Assembly (NCBI RefSeq): GCF_003149675.1
Contig: NZ_LWMS01000045.1
Location: forward strand, 29,707 to 53,706
Direction: 5' to 3'
Origin: Methanosphaera cuniculi
GTDB lineage: Archaea > Methanobacteriota > Methanobacteria > Methanobacteriales > Methanobacteriaceae
DNA: 24,000 bases
Part shown: piece by piece, positions 8,914 through 17,840 of the stretch
Position numbering within the stretch: the stretch's first letter is position 1
Layout: each line of letters opens with the position of its first letter
Made by a program: the position numbers and the translations under genes
Notes under the pieces: generated by a model
What the model was told of the DNA's origin: nothing
Database searches by the model: none
The model's input: only the letters and a program-made list of their open reading frames with translations

Positions 8914-9963
8914 ATGCTTGATGAAATATATAATAAATCATTAGATAATGAAATAACAAAAGAAGATTCATTAGATCTAATAAATTCAGCAAATCAATTT
9001 GAATTATATGATACAGCAGACCAACTACGCCAGAGAATAGTTGGTGATAAAGTAACATATGTTGTAAATAAAGCAATAGATATAACAGACCATTGTATGA
9101 TAGGATGTAAATTTTGCTCATTTAGAGACAATGAACAATACCATATGACAAATGAAGAAATCTCAGATAGTATAGTACAAGCAAAATCTGTGGGAGCAAC
9201 AGAAATCTGTCTATTTGGTGGAATAACAAAAGATATGGATATCAACTACTATTGTGATTTAATAAAAACAATTAAAGATGAACATGACATATGCCTACAT
9301 GCACTTTCACCTGCTGAAGTATATCAAACTGCAATAAATTCAGGAATTAGTACATATGATGCACTAACTCAACTTAAAGAAGCAGGGATGGATACAATGA
9401 CAGGAGCATCTGCTGAAATACTGGTTGATTCTATACGTCAACAAATATGTCCAAATAAACTAACAACAAGTCAGTGGGCTCAAGTTGTAAAAGAAGCACA
9501 TGAACTAGGAATACCAACCACATCAACTATTATGTATGGAAGTATAGAAACATGGGAAGATAGAATAGAACACCTATTTTTACTTAAAGAAATCCAGGAA
9601 GAAACACATGGATTTACAGAATTTGTACCAATGACATTTCTTGGTGGAAATAATGAACTTGGAAAAATATCAAATGGAGCAACAGGTGTTGAAGATTTAA
9701 AACTTCATGCAATATCACGGATAATCTTTAGTGATGTAATACCAAATATTCAGGTATCATGGGTAAAACTAGGACTTAGAATGACACAAGTAGCATTAAC
9801 TTGTGGTGCTAATGATATTGGTGGAACAATGATTGAAGATAAAATATCAACAGCAGCAGGTGGAGGATTTGGAGGATATTTACCTGTTGAAAAAATACAT
9901 GAATTAATTGAAGATATTGGACGTATTCCACAAGAAAGAACAACTAAGTATGAAATGATATAA
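8914..9963 (+). CDS. cofH: Radical SAM enzyme of the CofH/MqnC/MqnE family. It is most parsimoniously FO synthase subunit CofH (F420 biosynthesis) in a methanogen.
   Basis: The CxxxCxxC cluster is in VTYVVNKAIDITDHCMIGCKFCSF. The C-terminal GANDIGGTMIEDKISTAAG is typical of this family. Length is 349 aa. CofH cannot be separated from a paralogue without alignment. Confidence 0.6.
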   Translation: MLDEIYNKSLDNEITKEDSLDLINSANQFELYDTADQLRQRIVGDKVTYVVNKAIDITDHCMIGCKFCSFRDNEQYHMTNEEISDSIVQAKSVGATEICLFGGITKDMDINYYCDLIKTIKDEHDICLHALSPAEVYQTAINSGISTYDALTQLKEAGMDTMTGASAEILVDSIRQQICPNKLTTSQWAQVVKEAHELGIPTTSTIMYGSIETWEDRIEHLFLLKEIQEETHGFTEFVPMTFLGGNNELGKISNGATGVEDLKLHAISRIIFSDVIPNIQVSWVKLGLRMTQVALTCGANDIGGTMIEDKISTAAGGGFGGYLPVEKIHELIEDIGRIPQERTTKYEMI

Positions 9964-10112
9964 AATCCTTTTTTTCTATTAACCACCTCTTTTTCAACTT
10001 TTTTTTTGAAACTATCTTTTTTTGGAAAATATGATTAAAAATAATTAGTTAGAAAAATGTTTTTTTTTTATTTTACTTGAAATATGATTTTATGTTAAAT
10101 TTAATTTTTATT

Positions 10113-10141
10113 GAAAAAAAAAGAAAATGATAGAAAAGGGG
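10113..10141 (-). terminator. Oligo-T termination tract downstream of atwA
   Basis: On the minus strand this region reads CCCCTTTTCTATCATTTTCTTTTTTTTTCAA, starting about 25 nt after the atwA stop. Archaeal terminators are typically oligo-T runs. Confidence 0.4.
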
Positions 10142-10166
10142 AGTTGATGTTTTTTTTATTATTTTT

Positions 10167-11768
10167 TTAGTATTCTGCATTTTTAAGCATTTTTGTTCTT
10201 TCTTGTGATGTTAATTCTTCTACTATTTTTTCAGGTTTTCCATGATCTAATAGTTTTCCATCACGCATTAATGCTGCTGTATCACAACATTCAAGTACAA
10301 AGTCCATATCGTGTGAAATTATTACAAATGTTTGATCTAGTTCTTCTCGTGCATTTAGTATTGATTCTGTTACTTGACGTCTTGTGATTGGATCCATTGT
10401 TCCTGTTGGTTCATCAAGAATTACAATTGTTGGTTCTTTAATTAGTACTTGTGCTATTGCTACTCTGTGTTTTTCTCCTCCACTCATTTGGTCAGGGTAT
10501 TTTTCAAGTAGTGATGCTGCTTCTTCTTCTGTAAATCCTACTGCTGTTAGTACGTGGATTGATTTCATTTTTGCAAATTCAGGTGGTAAGTCAAGGTTTA
10601 TTCCATCAGTTAGGTTTCCAAGTATTGTTTTATATGGGTATAAACTGAAGTCTTGGTGTAGTAGTCCAATGTGTTTTGTTGCACGTCCACGATTTGCTAA
10701 TCCTTTTTTGGACATATCTACCCAGTCATCTCCTATTCTTACTTCAATATCTCCTTCTGATGGTTCAATGAGTCCTGCTATGAGCTTTGAAAGTGTAGTT
10801 TTTCCTGCTCCACTTAATCCTACAATACTTGCTATTTCTCCTTCATTTATTGTGAGTGTTACTCCATCTACTGATTTTACAACTCCACGTGATACTGAGA
10901 AGTAGTATTTTTTAAGATCTTCCATTTTGATTATTGGTTCTCCAATTTCTACTTCTTCATGTTTTATTACTTGTGGTATTTCTTTTACAAATTCTGGTAC
11001 TATATCCTCTGGTGTTCCTTCATCTTTGATTTTTCCTTCATCAAGCCATATTACACGGTCTGATAGGTCTTGTATTACTTCAGGCCAGTGTGAGTTTATT
11101 ACCATTGTAATGTGTTTTTCTTTTACTCCATCAAGTAGTGCATCGTGTATGAGTTGTGCTGTTTTTGGGTCAAGTGTTCCTGTTGGTTCATCAGCTAAAA
11201 ATAGCATTGGGTTTTTTGCTAGTTGTCGAGCTAGTACGATTCTTTGTTTTTCTCCTCCACTTAGATCACGAGCTATGTGTGTGATTCTATGTTCCATTTT
11301 TGTCATTTTGAGAAGTTTTATTGCTTTGTTTATGTTATCTTCATCTCTTTGATTTTCAAATGCTCTCATGATGTTTTGGAGTACTGTTTCTTCTTCATAT
11401 AGTGCGAATGTTCTTTGGAGCATGATTGATATTCGTCTTTTTACTGCTGCAAATTCTTTTTTGCTACATTTATAGAGGTTTATTTCTTTTGCTTCGAATT
11501 TGTATCCATCTTTGTATGTTTCACCTACTTTTGATGGTGCATCTATATAGTCAAATTCTGGGCAGTATGCTACATTGAATATTATATCTCCTTCATCTGG
11601 TGCGTAATCCATGATTCCACGTAGCATGTTTAGGAGTACTGATTTTCCTGATCCACTTTTTCCGAGTATTCCAAGTACTTCTCCTTCTTCTATGTTAAGA
11701 CTTATGTCTTCTAGTACTGTTGTATCATCAAATTTTTTTGTAACATTTTTTACTTCTATAAAGCTCAT
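10167..11768 (-). CDS. atwA: Methyl-coenzyme M reductase system component A2 (double ABC-ATPase)
   Basis: There are two ABC cassettes. Walker A motifs are GKSGSGKS and GLSGAGKT, signatures are LSGGEKQR and MSGGEKHR, and Walker B motifs are [12 protein letters not shown] and [12 protein letters not shown]. Length is 533 aa. The N-terminus [13 protein letters not shown] and the insertion after the first Walker A are characteristic of A2. The SD AGGTG lies 9 nt upstream. Confidence 0.8.
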   Translation of the reverse strand: MSFIEVKNVTKKFDDTTVLEDISLNIEEGEVLGILGKSGSGKSVLLNMLRGIMDYAPDEGDIIFNVAYCPEFDYIDAPSKVGETYKDGYKFEAKEINLYKCSKKEFAAVKRRISIMLQRTFALYEEETVLQNIMRAFENQRDEDNINKAIKLLKMTKMEHRITHIARDLSGGEKQRIVLARQLAKNPMLFLADEPTGTLDPKTAQLIHDALLDGVKEKHITMVINSHWPEVIQDLSDRVIWLDEGKIKDEGTPEDIVPEFVKEIPQVIKHEEVEIGEPIIKMEDLKKYYFSVSRGVVKSVDGVTLTINEGEIASIVGLSGAGKTTLSKLIAGLIEPSEGDIEVRIGDDWVDMSKKGLANRGRATKHIGLLHQDFSLYPYKTILGNLTDGINLDLPPEFAKMKSIHVLTAVGFTEEEAASLLEKYPDQMSGGEKHRVAIAQVLIKEPTIVILDEPTGTMDPITRRQVTESILNAREELDQTFVIISHDMDFVLECCDTAALMRDGKLLDHGKPEKIVEELTSQERTKMLKNAEY

Positions 11769-12176
11769 TTTTCAAACACCTGGTTTTTTTTTGCTTATGT
11801 ATAATTTATTTTTTCATTGTTTTTAAATTAAAGTTATAAATAATTAGTTCGTTGTAATTCTAACTTTTTATTTTATTATATATTATCTATATTTTTAATT
11901 CTTATTATATTAAACGCCTAAATAATTATTAAATTTTAGATTAACTCTAATCAATTTATCATAGTTTATCATAAAATTTTTATTAAACAAACATCATAAA
12001 TAATATATAATAATATATTATGAGGAAAAAAGAGTAGCACAAAAAAAACTAATTTAAAACATGAAACACTTTTTACATCCTAAAATAAATTCATTATAAA
12101 AATGAATAATATTACAAAAATAAATTATATAAAAAACACACAAAATAAAGAAAAATAATATTGGGAGATAATTACA

Positions 12177-13061
12177 ATGCTTACATCTGTACAAAAAGAA
12201 ATATTACAAAGTCTAATAAACCTATACAGACAATCAAAATGTACCTCTGTAAAATGTGAAAACATTGCAGATCTCATGGGAAGAAACTCCGGAACAATCA
12301 GAAATCAAATGCAATCACTAAGAAGCCTAGGCTTAGTTCAAGGAGTACCAGGACCACGTGGAGGATATAAACCAACACTTGAAGCATACCAAACACTAAA
12401 CATTGTAAATGATCCATGTGAAATACACGTACCAATATACATAAATGGAGAAGTAGTATCAGATATCTCAGTAAATAAAATAGAATTCACAAGTATTCTA
12501 AGACCAGGAGACTGTGAAGCAACAATATCAGTACTTGGAGATATAAAACAACTAGACTTAGATGATGAAATAAAAATAGGACCAACACCAGTAAACAACT
12601 TAACAGTACTTGGAAAAATCATAGGACGAGATGATGTAGATAATGTACTACTTATCAAAACAAAATCAGTACTAAGTGTACCAAATGCAAAAGCAATAGA
12701 CTTGGCATCATCAGATGTAAAAACAGTAGATACAGATATGTCATTACTTGATATATGTAAACTCCTAACAGATAACAATATAAATAATACTCCAGTAATT
12801 GAAGATGATAAGATTGTAGGAGTAATAAATGAAAATGATATAATAAAAGCTGTAGCATTTGAAAATCTAGATAAAAAAGCTGCTGATATAATGAGTACAG
12901 CAATACTTACAGCAAAAGATAACATAAACTTAAATACAGCAATGGACTTACTACAACAAAATAATGTATCACTTATAATTTTAATAGATAATGATGAAAA
13001 CATATCAGGAATACTAACTTTTACAGATATATTAAAAGCATTTATATCATTTTTAAACTAA
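12177..13061 (+). CDS. Predicted transcriptional regulator with an N-terminal winged HTH, a central beta-rich domain and a C-terminal CBS-domain pair (COG2524-type)
   Basis: The N-terminus is LTSVQKEILQSLINLYRQ...ENIADLMGRNSGTIRNQMQSLRSLGLVQGVPGPRGGYKPT. The C-terminal ~120 aa has two CBS-like repeats (...TPVIEDDKIVGVINENDIIKA... and ...LIILIDNDENISGILTFTDILKA...). The SD GGGAGA lies 9 nt upstream. Confidence 0.6.
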   Translation: MLTSVQKEILQSLINLYRQSKCTSVKCENIADLMGRNSGTIRNQMQSLRSLGLVQGVPGPRGGYKPTLEAYQTLNIVNDPCEIHVPIYINGEVVSDISVNKIEFTSILRPGDCEATISVLGDIKQLDLDDEIKIGPTPVNNLTVLGKIIGRDDVDNVLLIKTKSVLSVPNAKAIDLASSDVKTVDTDMSLLDICKLLTDNNINNTPVIEDDKIVGVINENDIIKAVAFENLDKKAADIMSTAILTAKDNINLNTAMDLLQQNNVSLIILIDNDENISGILTFTDILKAFISFLN

Positions 13062-13204
13062 AAAAAGGAAATTATTTAAAACTTGACCCTAAAAATCCTT
13101 TTTTTTAATAAAATATCACCACCATTTACATAAAAAAATAAAACAATTCTTTTTAATAAAAAATAAATATATTTCAAAAAAAAATAAGGAGACTTAAGAT
13201 AATC

Positions 13205-14125
13205 ATGCAAGTTAAACATTTAGAAATAACAGAAAATATGACAATAAATGAATTCATAAAACAACTTGATGAATCAGGAGTATTGGGAGCTGGACGAATT
13301 GCACATGCAACAAATCTACTTGCTGATTCTATAAAAGATCCGGACACACAAGTATTTCTAAGTCTAGCAGGACCTATGATTCCGGGGGGTTTACGTAAAA
13401 TTGTACGAGATCTTGTGGCAAACAAACAAGTTGATCTTATAATATCAAGTGGAGCAAACTTAACTCATGACTTAGTTGAAGCATTTGGAGGAAATCATTA
13501 TAAATCAACAGGAGAAGATGATGAAGTACTACAAGATAGTGGAATGGGAAGAATAGCAGATATATACACACATGCTGATGATTTTGAAGTATTTGAAGAA
13601 GAAATACAGAAAATATTTGCAGATATAAACCAAGAATATAAACAACTATCAATCCAGGAATTTATTTATGAAATAGGACTAAGAATTGATGATGATGAAT
13701 CATTTATTAAAATGGCAGCAGAAAATAATATACCAATATTTGCACCAGGAATAATAGATTGTATGATAGGATTACAACTCTGGATATATACTCAAGATCA
13801 TGATTTTATCCTTAGTGCAGCAGGTGATATGACCTATTTATCAGATTGTGTATTTAAATCAAAACATGTAACAGCATGTATGCTTGGTGGAGGTCTTCCA
13901 AAACATTACACACTAGCATCAAACATACTAACTGGTGGAATTGATGCAGGAATTCAAATAACACTAGATCGAAGTGAAGGTGGAAGTCTTAGTGGTGCAC
14001 CACTTGAGGAAGCTAAATCATGGGCAAAAGCAAAGAAAGGTTCAAATCTTGTAACAGTAATAGGAGATGCTACAGTGCTATTTCCACTTATCGTAGCAGG
14101 AGCACTTGATAAAATAAAAATTTAA
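13205..14125 (+). CDS. dys: Deoxyhypusine synthase
   Basis: GAGRIAHATNLL, FLSLAGPMIPGGLR, IISSGANLTHDL, the ...GGG(L)PKH... region and the SGA/EA(K)SWAK tail all match DHS. Length is 306 aa. The SD is AAGGAGA. Confidence 0.85.
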   Translation: MQVKHLEITENMTINEFIKQLDESGVLGAGRIAHATNLLADSIKDPDTQVFLSLAGPMIPGGLRKIVRDLVANKQVDLIISSGANLTHDLVEAFGGNHYKSTGEDDEVLQDSGMGRIADIYTHADDFEVFEEEIQKIFADINQEYKQLSIQEFIYEIGLRIDDDESFIKMAAENNIPIFAPGIIDCMIGLQLWIYTQDHDFILSAAGDMTYLSDCVFKSKHVTACMLGGGLPKHYTLASNILTGGIDAGIQITLDRSEGGSLSGAPLEEAKSWAKAKKGSNLVTVIGDATVLFPLIVAGALDKIKI

Positions 14126-14186
14126 AAAAGAGTAGTAATTAGCTCTATTTTTTTATTTTAATGATTATAAGTGGAGTTTAGATTTA

Positions 14187-14786
14187 ATGATATTTGATAT
14201 TATATGTTTTTCCTTATCTGGAATATTTATGAAGTTATCAGATGAGCTTATGGATGTAAGTCATAATAAATTTTTATCAGTATTGTCTGATATTTTATGT
14301 GTTATTGTTACACTACTTGTATCTGTTGTTAATGGTGATGCTGCATGTATATTTTTAAGTATTCTTATTGGTACTGCATTTGCTCATAAAGTTGATAGTA
14401 TTAATCATATAATAGCAGCGATACTATTTGTTGTAATACTTTTCATATCAGGTTTTCCACATTTTAGTTTGATATGTCTGATTGTTTGTACTATTGCAGC
14501 ATATATTGATGAGCGTGGAAATGATATTTCTGATAAAAAAGAAAAAGAAGGTGATGATACAGGTTTTATCTACACATTCTTTAAATACCGTTATACTATG
14601 AAACTTGCAGTACTTGCATTTTCTGTTATTGGTATTGCTAATATGTATCTTCCAGGTAGTATGTTTATGAATTTTAGTTTTAATCCTTTAACTTTTATTT
14701 ATTTCTACTTGTTTGATATTTGTTATGAGTTTGTTGGCTCATATTATAATACTATTAATAATACTTTTAAAAAAAAGCTAGATTAG
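14187..14786 (+). CDS. Hypothetical polytopic membrane protein (~6-7 predicted TM segments)
   Basis: Hydrophobic segments alternate with short loops and one charged loop (DERGNDISDKKEKEGDD). The SD-like GTGGAG lies about 10 nt upstream, 61 bp after dys. I recognise no family. Confidence 0.5.
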   Translation: MIFDIICFSLSGIFMKLSDELMDVSHNKFLSVLSDILCVIVTLLVSVVNGDAACIFLSILIGTAFAHKVDSINHIIAAILFVVILFISGFPHFSLICLIVCTIAAYIDERGNDISDKKEKEGDDTGFIYTFFKYRYTMKLAVLAFSVIGIANMYLPGSMFMNFSFNPLTFIYFYLFDICYEFVGSYYNTINNTFKKKLD

Positions 14787-15427
14787 ATCATATTTATTAG
14801 ATCTTCTAGTGTTTGTTGTGGATTATCTGAGTTATATATACTTCGTCCTATAATAGCTGCATCTGCATATTTTAGTGTATCTTGGATTTTTCCACCTTGA
14901 ACTCCTACACCTGGTGATATAATAAATGCTTCATCACCAACAATTTCTCTTATTTTTGCAAGTCTATCAGTCTTTGTTGCTGGTGCTACGTAGTTTTTTA
15001 TTCCCATATCTACTCCCATTTGTGCAATTTCTTCAGCTACTGGTTTTAAGAATCGATCAGCTCCAGGGTGTGACATTTCTGTAAGAAGGAATATTTCCTT
15101 ATTATTTTTTTCAGCCATATTTTTAGCAGCTAGTACACTGTCATCTCCTGTGAAACCATGTACTATTATTGAGTCTGCTCCCCAGTTTAGTGTTGTGTTT
15201 ACTATTTTTTCGTTGGTTGCATCGATATCTGCTACTTTAAAGTCTGCTATTATTTGTACGTTGTAGTCATCTTTTATTTGTTGTATTATTTGAGGTCCTA
15301 GTGCTAGTGTTATAGGATATCCTATTTTTATTGTGTTAAGATATGGTGTGGTTTGATCTAGTATTTTGTAAGCTTCATCTTTATCTTCTACATCTAATGC
15401 TAGTATTATTTGGTTTTTTACTTTCAT
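14783..15427 (-). CDS. pyrF: Orotidine 5'-phosphate decarboxylase
   Basis: QIILALDV, IKIGYPI, DFKVADI, the ...ISPGVG(V)QGG region and IIGRSIY are OMP decarboxylase motifs. Length is 214 aa. Confidence 0.9.
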   Translation of the reverse strand: MKVKNQIILALDVEDKDEAYKILDQTTPYLNTIKIGYPITLALGPQIIQQIKDDYNVQIIADFKVADIDATNEKIVNTTLNWGADSIIVHGFTGDDSVLAAKNMAEKNNKEIFLLTEMSHPGADRFLKPVAEEIAQMGVDMGIKNYVAPATKTDRLAKIREIVGDEAFIISPGVGVQGGKIQDTLKYADAAIIGRSIYNSDNPQQTLEDLINMI

Positions 15428-15645
15428 GTTTATTATTTCTGTTTTTTGTTATTGAAAAATATTTTTTTTAGATTTTATATTTTTCTTTTATGAATTTAGG
15501 TTTAACTAATAATATAACTATTTTTTAATTTTTATTAACTATTACCGTTTAGTTTTATGAATAACTTACTATTTATTATTTAAATACTTATAAAAGAATA
15601 TTCTATTTTTGAATATTATCTATTCAATTTAATTTTACTTTTTTT

Positions 15646-15661
15646 CAGAAATGTTTATATA
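15646..15661 (+). promoter_or_regulatory. Candidate archaeal BRE/TATA promoter for cbiMNQO
   Basis: cAGAAAtg followed by TTTATATA (15654-15661) matches the methanogen box A consensus. It predicts a TSS near 15685 and a 5' UTR of about 90 nt. Confidence 0.35.
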
Positions 15662-15773
15662 ATAAATACAATAAATTATTAAATATTGGTTTAATAGATT
15701 TCAATTAAAAAATATATTAAAATAAAAATCAAGTAAAAAAACTAATTAAAAAATATATAATTGGAGGATTATC

Positions 15774-16469
15774 ATGCACATTATGGAAGGTTACTTGCCT
15801 CCTGAATGGTGTGCTGTATGGTATATACTAGCAATCCCTGTAGTTATCTATGGATTAATATCAATTAAAAGAGCAGTAGCAGAAACTGATCAAGCTAAAC
15901 CATTATTAGCATTAGCTGGTGCATATATGTTTATATTATCATCACTAAAAATGCCATCAGTAACTGGAAGTTGTTCACATCCATGTGGTAACGGATTAGG
16001 TGCAGTATTATTTGGTCCTGCAGCAACCTCAGTATTAGCAGTAATCGTACTTTTATTCCAAGCTATCCTTCTTGCACACGGTGGACTAACAACCTTAGGT
16101 GCAAATATAATGTCAATGGGTATTATAGGACCTGTTTGTGGTTGGTTAGTATGGAAAGGATTAAGAAAAGCAAATGTATCAGGATCAATATCAATGTTCT
16201 TCACAGCATTTGTAGCAGATTTATTAACATATGTAATGACAGCAATTGAATTATCATTAGCATTCCCAAAACCTACATTCGTATCAGCATTTACAACATT
16301 CTTTGTAATATTTGCTATTACACAAATACCACTTGCTATTGCAGAAGGTATACTTACAACAATCATCTATGACTACATATTCAAAGAAAGACCAGATATT
16401 CTTGTAAAATTACATATTATATCACAAGAAGATGTATCAAAAGCACAACTTAATGCAGGAGTTAATTAA
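15774..16469 (+). CDS. cbiM: Cobalt ECF transporter substrate-capture component CbiM
   Basis: The N-terminus MHIMEGYLPPEW is the metal-ligating Met-His N-terminus typical of CbiM/NikM. The protein is 231 aa and polytopic. The SD GGAGG lies 6 nt upstream. Confidence 0.9.
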   Translation: MHIMEGYLPPEWCAVWYILAIPVVIYGLISIKRAVAETDQAKPLLALAGAYMFILSSLKMPSVTGSCSHPCGNGLGAVLFGPAATSVLAVIVLLFQAILLAHGGLTTLGANIMSMGIIGPVCGWLVWKGLRKANVSGSISMFFTAFVADLLTYVMTAIELSLAFPKPTFVSAFTTFFVIFAITQIPLAIAEGILTTIIYDYIFKERPDILVKLHIISQEDVSKAQLNAGVN

Positions 16470-16470
16470 A

Positions 16471-16776
16471 ATGGTTCAAGCAAAAACAATAATTGGATTA
16501 ATAATTGTAGCAATTCTTATCGTTTTACCTCTTGCACTTTATAGTGGACACGGTGAAGATGATGGATACTTTGGAGGATCAGATGACCAAGGTGGAGAAG
16601 AAATTGAAAAAATGGATCCTGGATATGAAGTTTGGGCACAACCAATTTGGGAACCACCTAGTGGAGAAATTGAAAGTCTAATCTTCTGTCTTGAAACAGC
16701 TATCGGATCAATCATCTTAGGTTATGTCTTTGGATACTGGGGAGGACAAGATAAAGCTAAAAAAGGAAAAAATTAA
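16471..16776 (+). CDS. cbiN: Cobalt transport protein CbiN
   Basis: I prefer the internal ATG at 16471, which gives MVQAKTIIGLIIV... and sits 1 nt after the cbiM stop. The track start at 16432 would overlap cbiM. The protein has two TM helices flanking ...SDDQGGEEI...PIWEPPSGEIESLIFCLETAIG, which is typical of CbiN. Confidence 0.85.
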   Translation: MVQAKTIIGLIIVAILIVLPLALYSGHGEDDGYFGGSDDQGGEEIEKMDPGYEVWAQPIWEPPSGEIESLIFCLETAIGSIILGYVFGYWGGQDKAKKGKN

Positions 16777-16846
16777 AAAGAAAAGATTAAAAAAAAGAAG
16801 AAATATTTAATTCTTCAATAAAATATTAATCTTTTCTTTTTTTTTT
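16776..16846 (+). terminator. Two-tier stem-loop plus T6 between cbiN and cbiQ (an intra-operon terminator or attenuator, or an RNA processing or stability element)
   Basis: A perfect 15-bp inverted repeat pairs AAAAGAAAAGATTAA (16776-16790) with TTAATCTTTTCTTTT (16826-16840). An inner 6-bp stem pairs GAAGAA (16797-16802) with TTCTTC (16811-16816). The structure is followed by TTTTTT (16841-16846). Confidence 0.5.
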
Positions 16847-16896
16847 AAAAAAAATATAAATAAAATAAATTAAACTCAGTAAGAAGGTGAGTATTT

Positions 16897-17709
16897 ATGT
16901 CAATATTTGAAGACACATTGGATTACTATTCAATGAATAATAAACTAACAAACAGTAATATCTATTATAAAACAATATTTGCACTTAGTATACTTATCAT
17001 CAACCTATTTGCTAACTCACCAATAGCCCCAATATTTATACTAATTTTTTGTTCAATTTTAACAGTATATGTTGCAGGAATATCTAAAAAATTCTACCTG
17101 ACATTTCTAGCAGTACCATTTGCATTTGCATTTATAACAGTAATATTTATGGCATTCTTCTTTGGTTCAGGATCACAAATATGGTCACTTGGAATCTTTG
17201 GATGGGGTGTTACAGCAGATGGTTTAAATCGTGGTGTTTTAGTATTTTTCAAAGTAATGGGAGGTTTTTCAGCCTTAGCATTCTTAATACTTACAACTCC
17301 TGCAAATAATGTATTTAAAGTATTTGATGATATGCATTTTCCTAAAATATTCACAGATTTAGCAATACTAATATATAGATATATATTTGTATTTCTTGAT
17401 GTTACAAATACAATGTATAATTCCCAGAAAACAAGACTAGGATATTCAACCTATAAAAGTTGGCTTAGATGTCTTGGAGAACTAGCTGGAATGATATTTA
17501 TAAGAACATGGGAACAAGGAGAAACATCATACCAAGCACTAGCTGCACGTGGATATACTGGAGAACTTAACTTTGTACATGTAGGTTCATCAATTCATGA
17601 TATACCATTAACACACTGGGTAGCATTAATAATATTCCTAGTAGGATTATGTTATTTCATATATATTACAGGTTCAATAAATGTAGTACCCTATCTAATA
17701 CATCCATAA
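16897..17709 (+). CDS. cbiQ: ECF transporter transmembrane (T) component CbiQ
   Basis: This is a 270-aa polytopic protein placed between cbiN and cbiO. The region ...TNTMYNSQKTRLG... and the ARG(Y) motif are typical of the CbiQ/EcfT coupling helices. The SD AGGTGA lies 7 nt upstream. Confidence 0.8.
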   Translation: MSIFEDTLDYYSMNNKLTNSNIYYKTIFALSILIINLFANSPIAPIFILIFCSILTVYVAGISKKFYLTFLAVPFAFAFITVIFMAFFFGSGSQIWSLGIFGWGVTADGLNRGVLVFFKVMGGFSALAFLILTTPANNVFKVFDDMHFPKIFTDLAILIYRYIFVFLDVTNTMYNSQKTRLGYSTYKSWLRCLGELAGMIFIRTWEQGETSYQALAARGYTGELNFVHVGSSIHDIPLTHWVALIIFLVGLCYFIYITGSINVVPYLIHP

Positions 17710-17840
17710 AAATACTATTAAAGTGGGAAATCATATATTAATATAATAAAACATCTACAAAAAAAAGATAATAGTAAAAAATTCATAAAAAAAATACAAT
17801 ATTAAAAAGAAAAAAATAAAAAATATAGAAGGCTTTTCTA

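Noticed and set aside
8327-9963. A small ORF followed by a radical SAM gene, considered as a possible RiPP precursor and maturase pair.
   Set aside because: The two genes are separated by a hairpin/T8 terminator and 314 bp. The radical SAM protein has the CofH/MqnC-family C-terminal GGTMIE...AAG signature rather than a SPASM/RRE maturase architecture. The small protein has a single Cys and no leader/core organisation.
11934-11946. Shared 13-mer TTTTAGATTAACT at 11934-11946 and 22745-22757, and the 12-mer TAACATGAAAAA after two terminators (about 18777 and 22682), considered as dispersed regulatory repeats.
   Set aside because: A rough estimate uses intergenic base frequencies (A/T about 0.4 each, G/C about 0.1 each) and about 4.5 kb of spacer on two strands. 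It predicts multiple chance matches of this length and composition. There is no flanking similarity.
12338-13003. Long antisense ORFs opposite real genes: 12338-13003 (221 aa), 21845-22474 (209 aa), 23252-23764 (170 aa), 10384-10905 (173 aa), 15890-16366 (158 aa), 6901-7203, and the many 60-140-aa ORFs in the track.
   Set aside because: Each lies fully inside, and antisense to, a gene with clear family motifs. Their translations are low-complexity (Ser/Ile/Leu/Phe/Val-rich) with no motifs and no SD. The strongly A-rich coding strands deplete stop codons on the complementary strand, which makes such ORFs an expected artefact.
15662-15773. Possible cobalamin (B12) riboswitch or other structured leader upstream of cbiM, as found in bacterial cbiMNQO operons.
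   Set aside because: The ~90-110 nt between the candidate TATA box and the ATG is almost entirely A/T. It has no B12-box-like GCCACTG element and no potential for G-C-paired helices, and it is too short for a cobalamin aptamer. The AGAATATTCT palindrome at 15595-15604 lies upstream of the TATA box, and at this base composition it is not distinguishable from chance.
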